Translations under genes and position numbers: made by a program
The notes under the pieces: generated by a model
Told to the model about the DNA's origin: nothing
The model's database searches: none
What the model saw: the letters and a program-made list of their open reading frames with translations, nothing else
Shown here: positions 1 through 9,602 of the stretch, piece by piece
How the letters are laid out: the number at the start of each line of letters is the position of its first letter
Position numbering within the stretch: the stretch's first letter is position 1
Assembly: GCA_046537785.1 (NCBI GenBank)
Contig: JBKHKD010000012.1
Coordinates: forward strand, 14,596-78,595
Length of the DNA stretch: 64,000 bases
Direction: 5' to 3'
From: Actinomycetota bacterium
GTDB taxonomy: Bacteria > Actinomycetota > Acidimicrobiia > Spongiisociales > ZC4RG35

Positions 1-634
1 GCCCTGGCTCGCGCGCAATGTTGACGATCTCGATGGTCCCGTCGGTCAGCTCCGGAACCTCCAGCTCGAGGAGACGGCGCACCAGGTCGGGGTGACTGCG
101 CGAGACGACGATCTGGGAGCCCTTGGCCTCGTTGCGAACCTCGAGAATCAAAGCCTTCACGCGATTCCCCCTGTCGAGACGCTCGAACGGAATGCGCTCA
201 CTGCCGGGAAGGATCGCCTCGGCATCGCCGAGGTCCAGGATGACGGACCGGTAGTCCACCTGTTGGACGATGCCCGTGACGAGATCGCCCTCCCGGCCCT
301 CGTACATCTCGTAGACCTTCTCCCGCTTGGCCTCGCGCAGCTTGAACTGCATGACCTGTTTGAACGACTGGGCCGCGATCCGACCGAAGGCTTCCCCCTC
401 GGGTGTGTCCTCCCACTCGTCCACGACATTGCCGTCCTCATCCAGTTCCTGGGCGTACACGGTCACCTCGCCCGAGTCGGGATCGATGGTGACGCGAGCC
501 TCCTCGGCGGCACCCGGGCTGCGCTTGTACGCCGCCACCAGCGCGTTCGCAAAGGCATCGAGGATGGCGTCGACCGCGACGCCTCGCTCCCTGGCGAGTA
601 CCTCAATGGCCTCCATCATCGTGTCGAGCTTCAT
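1..634 (-). CDS. nusA: Transcription termination/antitermination factor NusA, N-terminal ~211 aa; the gene continues past the window start
   Basis: Manual translation of the minus strand from ATG (complement of 632-634) gives MKLDTMMEAIEVLARERGV...GDLVTGIVQQVDYRSVILDLGDAEAILPGSERIPFERLDRGNRVKALILEVRNEAKGSQIVVSRSHP, a typical NusA N-terminal plus S1 region. It lies directly downstream of rimP, as in the rimP-nusA-infB operon. It is absent from the ORF track because there is no in-window stop. Confidence 0.85.
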   Translation of the reverse strand, partial: MKLDTMMEAIEVLARERGVAVDAILDAFANALVAAYKRSPGAAEEARVTIDPDSGEVTVYAQELDEDGNVVDEWEDTPEGEAFGRIAAQSFKQVMQFKLREAKREKVYEMYEGREGDLVTGIVQQVDYRSVILDLGDAEAILPGSERIPFERLDRGNRVKALILEVRNEAKGSQIVVSRSHPDLVRRLLELEVPELTDGTIEIVNIAREPG

Positions 635-643
635 GGTTCTCCT

Positions 644-1117
644 TCAGTGACCGGGCTTGGGCGCCCTCTCCCAACGGAACACGGTCTTGGCGGTGACCAC
701 GTCCTCGTAGGAGACGGATACCGGGCCCTCTTCGGCGTCGACGGTGAAATGCGCCTCGTCGGCGTCGGTCAACGTGCCCCTGTAGGTCGCTTTACCGTCG
801 GCCCCGGCTGTCTTGACCACCACCTCGCGGCCTATGGACTTGTGGTAGTGCACCGGGCGCCGGAGCTTTCGCTCCAGGCCCGGAGAGCTGACCTCTAGCC
901 GGTATTGGTCCTGAAGACCGGGCTCGTCGTCGAGGAGCCGGGACAGTCCGCGGGAGACCTCGGCAAGACGATCCACGCCGACATCGTCGCCATCGACGGT
1001 CACACGCAGCAGCCGACCTCGCCCGCGACCGGTCAACTCGAGGTCATCGAGCTCCAGTTGCTCGGCGGCGAGGTAGTCCTCTACCACACTCCAAATGTCA
1101 GCCACCTGCGTCATCAC
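644..1117 (-). CDS. rimP: Ribosome maturation factor RimP
   Basis: 157-aa ORF with an ...EVSSPGLERKL... motif and an Sm-like C-terminal domain; immediately upstream of nusA. Confidence 0.85.
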   Translation of the reverse strand: MMTQVADIWSVVEDYLAAEQLELDDLELTGRGRGRLLRVTVDGDDVGVDRLAEVSRGLSRLLDDEPGLQDQYRLEVSSPGLERKLRRPVHYHKSIGREVVVKTAGADGKATYRGTLTDADEAHFTVDAEEGPVSVSYEDVVTAKTVFRWERAPKPGH

Positions 1118-1140
1118 GTCGCTGTCTCCGCGTCAATGTC

Positions 1141-1179
1141 TCCACAACAAACAGGTGGGTGCCAAAAGGCGCCCACCTG
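1141..1179 (-). terminator. Putative intrinsic terminator after proS: a 12-bp GC-rich hairpin with one mismatch, followed by a U-rich tract
   Basis: 1152-1163 caggtgggtgcc, loop aaaa, 1168-1179 ggcgcccacctg. On the minus-strand RNA it is followed by uuuguuguug (complement of 1141-1151). It sits 57 bp downstream of the proS stop. Confidence 0.4.
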
Positions 1180-1204
1180 ACCGAAAAGCGTCCTGTTGTT
1201 GTCG

Positions 1205-1240
1205 TCTTATTATAGGTCGAACACGAAGGGCAACACTAAA
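1205..1240 (-). promoter_or_regulatory. Candidate promoter for rimP-nusA: a perfect TATAAT on the minus strand in an AT-richer spacer
   Basis: Complement of 1209-1214 is TATAAT, about 90 bp upstream of the rimP start, in the only AT-rich stretch nearby. The -35 element is not convincing. Confidence 0.25.
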
Positions 1241-2975
1241 TACCGAATCTGGCCGCTTTGATCCGCCCGGCGAGGCTCGCAACCACTTCGTCGAAGGCCA
1301 ACTCGGACTTTGCCATCCCCGACCGCTCGGTGATCTCTGCCATGCCCGAGGAAGCACCCTTGGGGCCCACGGTGACCCGGAACGGGATGCCGATCAGCTC
1401 TCCGTCGGCGAACTTGACTCCCGGCCTCTCATCCCGGTCGTCGATGAGAGCTTCGACGCCTGCGGAGTCGAAGTCGTCGTATAGACGATTGGCCACCGCC
1501 ATGGTCGCCTCGTCGTCCGGACGGATGACGGTGATCAACACCTCGTAGGGGGCGACCGACACGGGCCACGCGATGCCATTCTCATCGTGATTGGCCTCGA
1601 CGACGGCGGCCATTCCCCGCTCGATCCCGATTCCGTACGAACCCATGATGATGGGATGGCTGTCGCCTGCTTCGTCCTGAACATAGGCACCAAACGCTTC
1701 TGAGTACTCCGTGCCCAACTTGAAGATATGGCCGACCTCGATGCCCTTCCACATCTCGAGGGGTCCTCCGTCTTCGATACAACGCTCCCCAGGGCCCACT
1801 TCGCGCAGATCGGCCCACTCGGTCACCGGGACATCACGTGCGACATCAACGCCCTTGTAGTGCCAGTCGTCTTCGTTGGCTCCCGTGGTCATGTTGAAAC
1901 GGCCTTCCAGAGCCTTGTCGGCGATGACCCTCAGGTCCTCGACCCCTACTGCCCCCAGGCTTCCCGCATCGGCCCCGAGCAGCTCTCGTATCTCCTCGGG
2001 CTGTCCGGGTCGCCCTTCGGTGGCACCGGCCGCGTCGAGAAGCTTCTGCTCCTGAAGATCGTGATCACCGCGGAGAAGGGCCAGCACCGGTCCGCTGTCG
2101 AGGAAGAAGACCAGAGTCTTGATCTGTCGTTGGGGAGCGGCGATGTCGGGATGTGCATCGGCGAGGGCGGCGATGGTCCTCAGACCTGGTGTCGGGAACC
2201 GCTCGAGATCGCCTGGCTCACCATCATCGACCGGTTCGAGTGCCGACGTGGCCTTCTCCAGGTTCGCCCGATAGTCGCAGGTCGCACACGTAACGATCCA
2301 GTCCTCGCCCGCCTCGCTGCGCACTATGAACTCCGTGGACTCGCTCCCGCCCATCGCCCCGGAAGAGGCCTGGACATCCACGGCATCGACGCCCATGCGG
2401 GCAAAGATGCGCTTGTAAGCGTCGTAGTGCTTGTCGAAACCCGAGGCGAGGCCGGCGGCGTCGATGTCGAGGGTGTAGGAGTCCTTCATCGTGAACTCCC
2501 TCACCCGGAGCAGGCCGGACTTGGGTCTCGGCTCGTCGCGGAACTTGGTGTGGATCTGGTACCAGATCTGGGGGAGATCGCGGTAGGAGAAGAGCTCCGT
2601 CGCCAGCATGGCGAAGATCTCCTCCTCGGTCATTCCCAGCACGAGATCGCCGCCCTTGCGATCCTGGAGCTTGAAGAGGTTGTCCCCCATTAGCTCGTAG
2701 CGGTCGGACTTCCGCCAGATCTCGGCCGGATGCAGTGTCGGAAGGACCATCTCCTGGCCGCCGATGGCGTCGATCTCCTCACGAATGATCTCGCTGATCT
2801 TCAGCCGAACGCGCTGGCCCAAAGGCAGTATCGTGTACGAGCCGGCAGCCAGACGGCGGATGTATCCCGCCCGGACCAGGAGCTGGTGGCTCACGGCCTC
2901 GGCATCGGCAGGAGCGTCTTTGAGGGTGGGGATGAAAGCTTGTGACCAGCGCATGGAGTCCCGGACGGTAGTCAA
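1236..2975 (-). CDS. proS: Proline--tRNA ligase (bacterial-type, with editing domain)
   Basis: 579-aa ORF with class II aaRS motifs and ProRS-typical sequence (…QEMVLPTLHPAEIWRKSDRYELMGDNLFKLQDRKG…). The C-terminal anticodon-binding region is present. Confidence 0.93.
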   Translation of the reverse strand: MTTVRDSMRWSQAFIPTLKDAPADAEAVSHQLLVRAGYIRRLAAGSYTILPLGQRVRLKISEIIREEIDAIGGQEMVLPTLHPAEIWRKSDRYELMGDNLFKLQDRKGGDLVLGMTEEEIFAMLATELFSYRDLPQIWYQIHTKFRDEPRPKSGLLRVREFTMKDSYTLDIDAAGLASGFDKHYDAYKRIFARMGVDAVDVQASSGAMGGSESTEFIVRSEAGEDWIVTCATCDYRANLEKATSALEPVDDGEPGDLERFPTPGLRTIAALADAHPDIAAPQRQIKTLVFFLDSGPVLALLRGDHDLQEQKLLDAAGATEGRPGQPEEIRELLGADAGSLGAVGVEDLRVIADKALEGRFNMTTGANEDDWHYKGVDVARDVPVTEWADLREVGPGERCIEDGGPLEMWKGIEVGHIFKLGTEYSEAFGAYVQDEAGDSHPIIMGSYGIGIERGMAAVVEANHDENGIAWPVSVAPYEVLITVIRPDDEATMAVANRLYDDFDSAGVEALIDDRDERPGVKFADGELIGIPFRVTVGPKGASSGMAEITERSGMAKSELAFDEVVASLAGRIKAARFGI

Positions 2976-2992
2976 CAGCCGAGGACGACCGC

Positions 2993-4258
2993 TCAGTCTT
3001 TTCCGGCGACCTCGGCCACCCGGGCACGACGCTCGCTGGTCTCGTTGGCGTCACCCCTGATCTCGACGAGCTGCTGACGCTCCGCGGCGGCGATCTCCTC
3101 GGCATTGGCCTCGGCGTTGGCCAGTCGGGCCTCGAGTCCCTCGTCGACCAGCTTCTGCGCCTCGTCGAGCAATGCCTCCACCATCTCCTCCTCGGGAACC
3201 ACCCGCACCACCTGCCCCTTGATGAAGAGATGACCTCTTCCTCGCCCGGCGGCGATGCCGATGTCGGCGCCCCGGGCTTCTCCGGGGCCGTTGACGACAC
3301 AACCCATCACCGCCACCTGGATGGGGAGATTCGCCTCCTCCAGGGCCTTCTGCGCTTTCGTCGCCACTTCGATGACATCTACCTCGGCCCGGCCGCAGGA
3401 AGGACAGGCGATGAGGTCGAGGCCCTTGCGGTCGCGAAGACCGAGGAATTCGAGCAGCTGTCGGCCGGCCTTGGCCTCTTCAACGGGATCGGCGGTGAGC
3501 GAGAACCTGATGGTGTCCCCGATGCCTTCGTTGAGCAGAGTCCCGATGCCGGCAACCGACTTGATGACGCCCGCTGGTGGCGGACCGGCCTCGGTGACCC
3601 CGAGATGCAGTGGATAGTCGACAGTATCAGCGAGCAGCCGGTAGGACTCGATCATCTGACGGACGTTGGAGTGCTTGACCGAGATCTTGATGTCACTGAA
3701 GTCGACTTCCTCCAGGTACCGGGCCTCGATCAGGGCCGACTCCACCAGGGCTTCGGGAACGGCTTCCCCGTACTTCTCCATCAGATCCTTGTCGAGCGAT
3801 CCGGCGTTGACCCCGATCCTGATCGGAAGACCACGATCGCGGGCCTCCCGCGCCACCGTCTTTATCTGATCCTCTTTGCGGATGTTGCCCGGGTTGAGAC
3901 GCAAGCCTTGGACCCCTGCCTCCATCGCCGCCAGGGCCAACCGATACTGATAGTGGATGTCGGCAATGATGGGCACGGGGCTGCGGGGCATGATCTCGGC
4001 CAGACCCTGGGCCGCCTCCACGTCGTTGCAGGTGATGCGGACGATGTCGGCGCCCGCCCCGGCAAGGGCGTAGACCTGGGCAAGAGTGCCGTCAACGTCG
4101 GCTGTCTTGGTCGTCGTCATCGACTGGACCGAAATGGGGGCCCCGCCTCCGACGGGCACCTTTCCGACGTTGAGCTGGCGAGTCTGTCGTCTCTCGAAGC
4201 TCACGGTGCCAACGCTAGTAAGCACGCTATCCGAAGCTGATCGGGTCGACGATGTCAA
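2993..4258 (-). CDS. ispG: 4-hydroxy-3-methylbut-2-enyl diphosphate synthase (flavodoxin)
   Basis: RRQTRQLNVGKVPVGGGAPISVQSMTTTKT… is the GcpE/IspG signature. It has an acidic C-terminal extension of about 35 aa. The start may instead be the internal GTG at about 4225, because the ORF start overlaps the upstream gene by 32 bp. Confidence 0.9.
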   Translation of the reverse strand: MTSSTRSASDSVLTSVGTVSFERRQTRQLNVGKVPVGGGAPISVQSMTTTKTADVDGTLAQVYALAGAGADIVRITCNDVEAAQGLAEIMPRSPVPIIADIHYQYRLALAAMEAGVQGLRLNPGNIRKEDQIKTVAREARDRGLPIRIGVNAGSLDKDLMEKYGEAVPEALVESALIEARYLEEVDFSDIKISVKHSNVRQMIESYRLLADTVDYPLHLGVTEAGPPPAGVIKSVAGIGTLLNEGIGDTIRFSLTADPVEEAKAGRQLLEFLGLRDRKGLDLIACPSCGRAEVDVIEVATKAQKALEEANLPIQVAVMGCVVNGPGEARGADIGIAAGRGRGHLFIKGQVVRVVPEEEMVEALLDEAQKLVDEGLEARLANAEANAEEIAAAERQQLVEIRGDANETSERRARVAEVAGKD

Positions 4259-5309
4259 GCACGATCGCCACGAACCCGAGGAAGAACAGCGTGCCCAAGA
4301 CCGCGGCGGCTATCGGCATAAGCTTCTTCATGTTCGCCGCACGTCCCGTCAGCTTCTCATAGAGAGCGACCGCGAAGTGACCGCCATCCAGGGGGAAGAG
4401 CGGCAACAGGTTGAGCGTGGCCAGGATGACGTTGATGAACGCCATGATCATCAGGAAGCTCGTGGCATTTCCTGCCTGGCTCCCGATGCTCACGATCCCG
4501 ATCGGGCTCACGGGCCGGATCTCATCGGGAACGTCAGTGTCTCCGCCCAGAACGCCGACATACTGGGCGAGACTGGAGGGCCGGAAGATCTGATACAGCG
4601 AGTAGAACGTGTCCTCGATGCCACCCCAGACGGCCTCGCCACCCATCCCGACGGCCTCGAGGGGACCAACGGGGATGTTCTCCACCTCGGGGGTGAAACC
4701 GATGAACCCCGAGCCCGGGGCTGTCTCGCTCTCGACGAGGTCCATGTCGAGATAGACGATCTGGCCGCCACGCTCCACGGTGACGGTGACGGGACCGGGA
4801 CCGACTTCCGCCAGGGCCTGCGCCGCGTCGTCCCAATCGTTGACGGTGTGGTCGCCGACAGCGACGATCGTGTCGCCTTCCGTCAGCCCTGCGGCGGCGC
4901 CGGGAGACTCCTCGGCAACCTCGTCGACGGTGGGGACGATTTCGTCGACACCGTTGGCGAGGAACACGCCGGCGAACAAAAGGAAGGCGATGAGGAAGTT
5001 GGTACCGACGCCGGCGAGAACCACCACCGACTTCTCCCAAAATTTCTTCTCCCGGTAGGTGCGGCCCAAATCCTCAGCTGGCACCTCCTCCAGGGGATTC
5101 ATCCCGATGATCCGGACATACCCGCCGAGGGGGAACGCCTTGATCCCGTACTCGGTCTCTCCCTTCTGGGTCGACCAGATACGGGGCCCGAAGCCGAAGA
5201 AAAACTGGGTGGCCTTCATCCCGGTCGCCTTGGCCGCGATGAAATGACCCGCCTCATGGGCAGTCACAAAAAGCAGGATTGCAATGGCAGCAACTATGCC
5301 CCCGACCAT
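4227..5309 (-). CDS. Site-2 (RIP) zinc metalloprotease, Rip1/RseP family, with a PDZ domain
   Basis: HEAGHFIAAK zinc motif, multiple TM segments, a central PDZ-like region and a C-terminal LDGG motif. Position between ispG and dxr is conserved in actinobacteria. Confidence 0.85.
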   Translation of the reverse strand: MVGGIVAAIAILLFVTAHEAGHFIAAKATGMKATQFFFGFGPRIWSTQKGETEYGIKAFPLGGYVRIIGMNPLEEVPAEDLGRTYREKKFWEKSVVVLAGVGTNFLIAFLLFAGVFLANGVDEIVPTVDEVAEESPGAAAGLTEGDTIVAVGDHTVNDWDDAAQALAEVGPGPVTVTVERGGQIVYLDMDLVESETAPGSGFIGFTPEVENIPVGPLEAVGMGGEAVWGGIEDTFYSLYQIFRPSSLAQYVGVLGGDTDVPDEIRPVSPIGIVSIGSQAGNATSFLMIMAFINVILATLNLLPLFPLDGGHFAVALYEKLTGRAANMKKLMPIAAAVLGTLFFLGFVAIVLDIVDPISFG

Positions 5310-5340
5310 GGAGAGGAGGGTACTGCCGGTGGTCGCCCTA

Positions 5341-6486
5341 TCAGCAGACTCGGGAGATCAGCCCGGCGGCCGCGGCCCGCGCCTCGGAGTCGACTTCCAC
5401 GACGTCCTCAACTGTCTCCACCTTACGCCATTCCACCTCCCCAACCGTCCTGCGGACCACGTCAGTGATCCCCAGGAAACCCAGCCTGCCCTGGAGGAAC
5501 GCCTCCACGGCGATCTCGTCGGCGGCGTTCATAACCGCGGGCGCAGACCCTCCCTTTCGGCCGACCTCGAAGGCGAGGTCGAGGGCAGGGAAGGCCTCCC
5601 GGTCGGGCTCCTCGAACGTCAGGTCCATCCCGGCCAGGGTGAACGGATCGCCCGGTCCCACCGCGCGCTCCGGTGCGGTCAGGGCATACTGGATGGGGAT
5701 CCGCATGTCGGGATGGCCGAAGTGGCCCTTCCAGGATCCGTCCACGAACTCGACCGCGGAGTGGAGGATCGACTGGGGATGGACCACCACGTCGATCCGG
5801 TCGTAGTCGACGCCAAACAAAAAATGGGTCTCAATGATCTCTAGCCCCTTGTTGAACATGGTGGCCGAGTCGACCGTGATCCGGCGCCCCATGTCCCAGG
5901 TCGGATGCTGCAGCGCCTCCCGGGGAGTCACTTCGGCCAGATCCTCCCGGGATCGTCCCCGGAAGGGTCCTCCCGAGGCAGTGAGGATCAGACGACTCAC
6001 CGACTCGACAGGCTCACCGGCGAGGCACTGGTAGAGAGCGGAATGCTCCGAATCGACCGGGACGAGCTCGCCACCGTAGGTTTCCAGCGCTGAGACGACC
6101 ACGGGACCACCGGCGACCAGGCTCTCCTTGTTGGCTAGCGCCACCCGGTTGCCTGCCTCGAGGGCAGCAACCGTCGCCCGCAGACCTGCCGCTCCCACAA
6201 TTCCGTTGACAACGACGCGGCCCGGGTGGCCCGCCGCCTCGAGGATGGCATTCGCCCCTCGTTCCGGACGACGTCCCAACGTATGCTGGAAGTCTTCCAA
6301 CTCTTCGCCCGAGCCCCCGGCGACTATGACTTTGGCGTCGGGATAGCGACGCCCCAGAACGGCAAGTGCCTCCGAAGGACGGCGGGCGGCGAGCACTTCG
6401 ACCTCGAGACCGAGACCGTCAGCGACTTCCAGGGTCTGTGTTCCGATCGACCCGGTCCCCCCGAGGACGACCAGCCGACTGCTCAC
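5341..6486 (-). CDS. dxr: 1-deoxy-D-xylulose 5-phosphate reductoisomerase
   Basis: (V)SSRLVVLGGTGSIGTQTLEV… NADPH-binding N-terminus and the rest of the Dxr fold. The GTG start at 6486 overlaps the cdsA stop (GTGA). The 688-aa ORF in the track is a run-on of this frame through cdsA. Confidence 0.88.
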   Translation of the reverse strand: MSSRLVVLGGTGSIGTQTLEVADGLGLEVEVLAARRPSEALAVLGRRYPDAKVIVAGGSGEELEDFQHTLGRRPERGANAILEAAGHPGRVVVNGIVGAAGLRATVAALEAGNRVALANKESLVAGGPVVVSALETYGGELVPVDSEHSALYQCLAGEPVESVSRLILTASGGPFRGRSREDLAEVTPREALQHPTWDMGRRITVDSATMFNKGLEIIETHFLFGVDYDRIDVVVHPQSILHSAVEFVDGSWKGHFGHPDMRIPIQYALTAPERAVGPGDPFTLAGMDLTFEEPDREAFPALDLAFEVGRKGGSAPAVMNAADEIAVEAFLQGRLGFLGITDVVRRTVGEVEWRKVETVEDVVEVDSEARAAAAGLISRVC

Positions 6487-7679
6487 AGCAGCCCGAAGCC
6501 CCTGAAGAGGAGATAGACGGCGGGAACGGCGAACAGAAAGCCGTCGATGCGATCGAGCATCCCCCCGTGTCCGGGGAGAACCGAGCCCATGTCCTTGACC
6601 ACGAGTGCCCGCTTCACCATCGACTCGGCCAGGTCTCCGATTGGCACGAGGATCCCGATGAGGCCTGCTGCTACGAGGGCTCTGGCTACTCCAATGTCTG
6701 CCCAGGGTGGAAAGACCGCCAGGACAGCGGCAACCACGCCACCAATCACGAGACCTCCCACAAACCCCTCCACGGTCTTCGACGGGGAGACGATCGGGGC
6801 GAAACGTCTCCTGCCGAGCGACCGACCGACGAAGAATGCGGCGATGTCGTTGGAGGCGATGACGATCACCAGGAACATGATGTGCGACACCGGATGTGGC
6901 CCTGCGGCGACGAGAATTGCAAAGGCGAGCATTCCGACCCAGGTCATGCCCAGCACGGTGACCGCGGTGTTGCCCAAAGCGTTGCGGCGTGGCGTCAGGG
7001 AAAAGAACAGGATGGTGGCGCCACCGGCACCGGCTGCCCAGCCGGCGATGGTCATCGCTCCCCCGTTGTGCGCCCCGACACCCATGAAGATCACACCGAG
7101 CAGACCGAACAGGGCCAATGGCTTGTAGTCCCTCGCCCGGATCGTGGCATAGAACTCGCCCACGGAGACCACCATGAGCAGTATCACGAAGATGGTGAAC
7201 CACCAGCCGCCGAGGAGGAGACTTCCCAGGAAGAGGCCGAACACGACCAGGGCCGACCCGACCCGCATGGCGAGGTCGGAGCTTGCTGCCTGCTCGGCCG
7301 CCTCGTAGGACTCCTCGGATTCCGACTCGGTGCCCGAGACGTCCCCGAAGCCGACGAGCCCCGATTCGACACCGGGCAGGTTGGCCGCCACGGCCTGCAT
7401 CTCCCACTCGGTCTCCGCGGCGCGCTTAACCTCCTCGGCGAGACCCTGATATTCCTGTGTGGTCCCCCTCAGGTACTCGTCTACGTCCGAGGGTTCACCG
7501 GACACCGAGTCCCATTCGGGCCCCCCGTTGTCTACTTCGACGGGAGGTCGGTCAGGGACTGGCTCATCACTCCCGACGTCTTCGGAGTCCTCCGTCTCGT
7601 CGGTGAACGGAAGCTCTTCTTCTTCGGGATCAGGGGTGAAACCGGTCTCCTCGCCATCGGGATGCTCTCTGTCAGTCAC
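6483..7679 (-). CDS. cdsA: Phosphatidate cytidylyltransferase with a ~140-aa acidic N-terminal extension
   Basis: The C-terminal 250 aa form a multi-TM CTP-transferase core (…SPSKTVEGFVGGL…). The N-terminal 140 aa are highly acidic and low-complexity. The ATG abuts the frr stop. Confidence 0.82.
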   Translation of the reverse strand: MTDREHPDGEETGFTPDPEEEELPFTDETEDSEDVGSDEPVPDRPPVEVDNGGPEWDSVSGEPSDVDEYLRGTTQEYQGLAEEVKRAAETEWEMQAVAANLPGVESGLVGFGDVSGTESESEESYEAAEQAASSDLAMRVGSALVVFGLFLGSLLLGGWWFTIFVILLMVVSVGEFYATIRARDYKPLALFGLLGVIFMGVGAHNGGAMTIAGWAAGAGGATILFFSLTPRRNALGNTAVTVLGMTWVGMLAFAILVAAGPHPVSHIMFLVIVIASNDIAAFFVGRSLGRRRFAPIVSPSKTVEGFVGGLVIGGVVAAVLAVFPPWADIGVARALVAAGLIGILVPIGDLAESMVKRALVVKDMGSVLPGHGGMLDRIDGFLFAVPAVYLLFRGFGLL

Positions 7680-8231
7680 TCAAACCTCGAGTAGCTCGTC
7701 CTCTTTGCGGCCCAGGAGTTGGTCGATCTTTTCCGTGTACTTGTCAGTCAGCTTCTGCAGCTCGTCCTCGCCGCGGCGGATGTCGTCGTCAGAGATGTCC
7801 CCGTGCAGCTCCTCCATGTCGCTCTTGCTGGCGCGGCGTACGTTGCGGACCGAAACCTTGCCCTCTTCCGCGATGTGACGTACGACCTTGATCAGCTCCT
7901 TGCGGCGTTCCTCGGTCAGCGGCGGGAAGGCAATGCGGATGACCTGCCCGTCGTTGGTCGGATTGAGTCCCAGGTCAGCTTGCTGGATGGCCTTCTCGAT
8001 GTCGCCGACAGTGCTCTTGTCGAATGGCGAGATGACGAGAAGTCGCGGCTCCGGCACCGATATGGAGGCGAGTTGCTGCAGAGGAGTTGCGGTCCCGTAG
8101 TACTCGACGTTGACCCTGTGGAGCAACTGGGGGTTGGCCCTACCGGTGCGGACGGTGCCGAACTCGGACGCGACGTACTCGACCGCTGCCTGCATCTTCA
8201 ACTCGGCTTCGGCCAACAAGTCGTTGATCAT
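7680..8231 (-). CDS. frr: Ribosome recycling factor
   Basis: 183-aa full-length RRF (MINDLLAEAELKMQAAVEYV…). Confidence 0.95.
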   Translation of the reverse strand: MINDLLAEAELKMQAAVEYVASEFGTVRTGRANPQLLHRVNVEYYGTATPLQQLASISVPEPRLLVISPFDKSTVGDIEKAIQQADLGLNPTNDGQVIRIAFPPLTEERRKELIKVVRHIAEEGKVSVRNVRRASKSDMEELHGDISDDDIRRGEDELQKLTDKYTEKIDQLLGRKEDELLEV

Positions 8232-8243
8232 TTTGGGGCCTCC

Positions 8244-8960
8244 TCAGTGAACGACGGTGCCGATCTGGTCTCCGCTGACTGCCTTGACGATGTTGCCGGG
8301 GACCGTCATGTCGAACACATGGATGGGCACCTGGTGCTCTTTGCACATCGTAACGGCGGTGTTGTCCATGACCTGGAGTTCCTGGTTGATGAACTCCATA
8401 TAGGTGAGATCGGTCATCTTGAGGGCGTCGCGGTTCGTAGCCGGATCCGAGTCGTATACCCCGTCGACCTTCGACGCCTTCAGCAGCTCATGCGCATTGA
8501 TCTCGATGGCGCGGAGAGCCGCCGTGGTGTCGGTGGTGAAGAAGGGATTCCCGGTGCCGGCGGCGAAGATCACCACACGCCCCTTCTCCAGATGGCGGAT
8601 CGCCCGCAGCCTTATGTAGGGCTCGGCGAGCTCCTGCATGGTGATCGCACTTTGCACCCTCGTGGTGACGCCCTCATTCTCCAGCGCGTCACGCAGCGCC
8701 AGGGCGTTGATGACGGTGGCCAACATCCCCATGTAGTCGGCATTGGCGGGGTCCATTCCCTTGGCTGCCTGGGAGACTCCCCTGAAGATGTTGCCGCCAC
8801 CAACGACGATGGCCACCTCGACGCCCGTCTTTTGGGCTTTGGCGATCTCCTCGGCTACCCGCTGCACTGTCAGTGGATCGATGCCGTAGCCAACTGCCGG
8901 ATCGGCGAACGCCTCGCCTGAGAGTTTGAGCAGGACGCGTCTGTTGGCTGACTCGGTCAC
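8244..8960 (-). CDS. pyrH: UMP kinase
   Basis: [11 protein letters not shown]…[10 protein letters not shown] amino-acid-kinase fold, 238 aa. Confidence 0.95.
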   Translation of the reverse strand: MTESANRRVLLKLSGEAFADPAVGYGIDPLTVQRVAEEIAKAQKTGVEVAIVVGGGNIFRGVSQAAKGMDPANADYMGMLATVINALALRDALENEGVTTRVQSAITMQELAEPYIRLRAIRHLEKGRVVIFAAGTGNPFFTTDTTAALRAIEINAHELLKASKVDGVYDSDPATNRDALKMTDLTYMEFINQELQVMDNTAVTMCKEHQVPIHVFDMTVPGNIVKAVSGDQIGTVVH

Positions 8961-8990
8961 TTCGTATGTCTCCTGGGAGTCCGGGGGCGG

Positions 8991-9602
8991 TTATGCCCCG
9001 ACGGCCATTCTCGCCATCTTGCGAACGTAGATGTTCTCTCCCATCTTCGTGGCAAGCTCGCTGACCATATCGCCGATCGTCCCCTCATACACGTCGGGGT
9101 TGACGAATTTCTGGTCGTAGAGGACGTTCTCGGCGTACCACGACTCGAGCCTGCCCTCGACGATGCGTTCGACGACGCCTGCGGGCTTGCCTTCCGACTC
9201 GGCCTGGCGGGCGATCAACTCCTTCTCACGGGCAAGGGCGTCCTCGTCGACCTGGTCCCGGGTCACCCACTCGGGGGCAAAGGCGCCGACGTGCATAGCG
9301 ACGTCATCGGCGGTCTTGCGAAACTCGTCGCTCTTCGCGACGAAGTCGGTCTCGCACGAGAGCTCGACGAGCACACCAATCACCGGTCGGTCGTTCTGAA
9401 TGTGGATGTAGCTTCCGATCGTGCCGTCACTGGCCTCGCGATCGGCACGCTTGGCGATCTTCGCCTGCCCGCGCTCACGGAGCAGCTCGTAGGCCTTCTC
9501 GAAGTCGCCATCGGCGTCAGTCAGCGCCTTCTTGGCGTCCATCATCCCGACACCGGCATCCTGGCGAAGCTTCTGGATGTCCTTGGCTGTGATGTCACTC
9601 AC
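8991..9602 (-). CDS. tsf: Elongation factor Ts
   Basis: [24 protein letters not shown]… UBA-like N-terminus and EF-Ts core. The track ORF extends to 9728 through an Arg-rich, out-of-character leader that overlaps rpsB. The GTG at 9602 (VSDITAKD) gives a normal ~204-aa protein. Confidence 0.9.
   Translation of the reverse strand: MSDITAKDIQKLRQDAGVGMMDAKKALTDADGDFEKAYELLRERGQAKIAKRADREASDGTIGSYIHIQNDRPVIGVLVELSCETDFVAKSDEFRKTADDVAMHVGAFAPEWVTRDQVDEDALAREKELIARQAESEGKPAGVVERIVEGRLESWYAENVLYDQKFVNPDVYEGTIGDMVSELATKMGENIYVRKMARMAVGA

Noticed and set aside
92-898. 268-aa plus-strand ORF
   Set aside because: It is entirely antisense to nusA, which has a strong recognisable translation on the minus strand. 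Low-complexity L/G/A-rich product typical of high-GC antisense frames.
5341-7407. 688-aa minus ORF that looks like a Dxr fusion
   Set aside because: Only the C-terminal 382 aa are Dxr. The upstream part is the dxr frame running through cdsA (Arg/Gly-rich nonsense). The dxr GTG at 6486 overlaps the cdsA stop.
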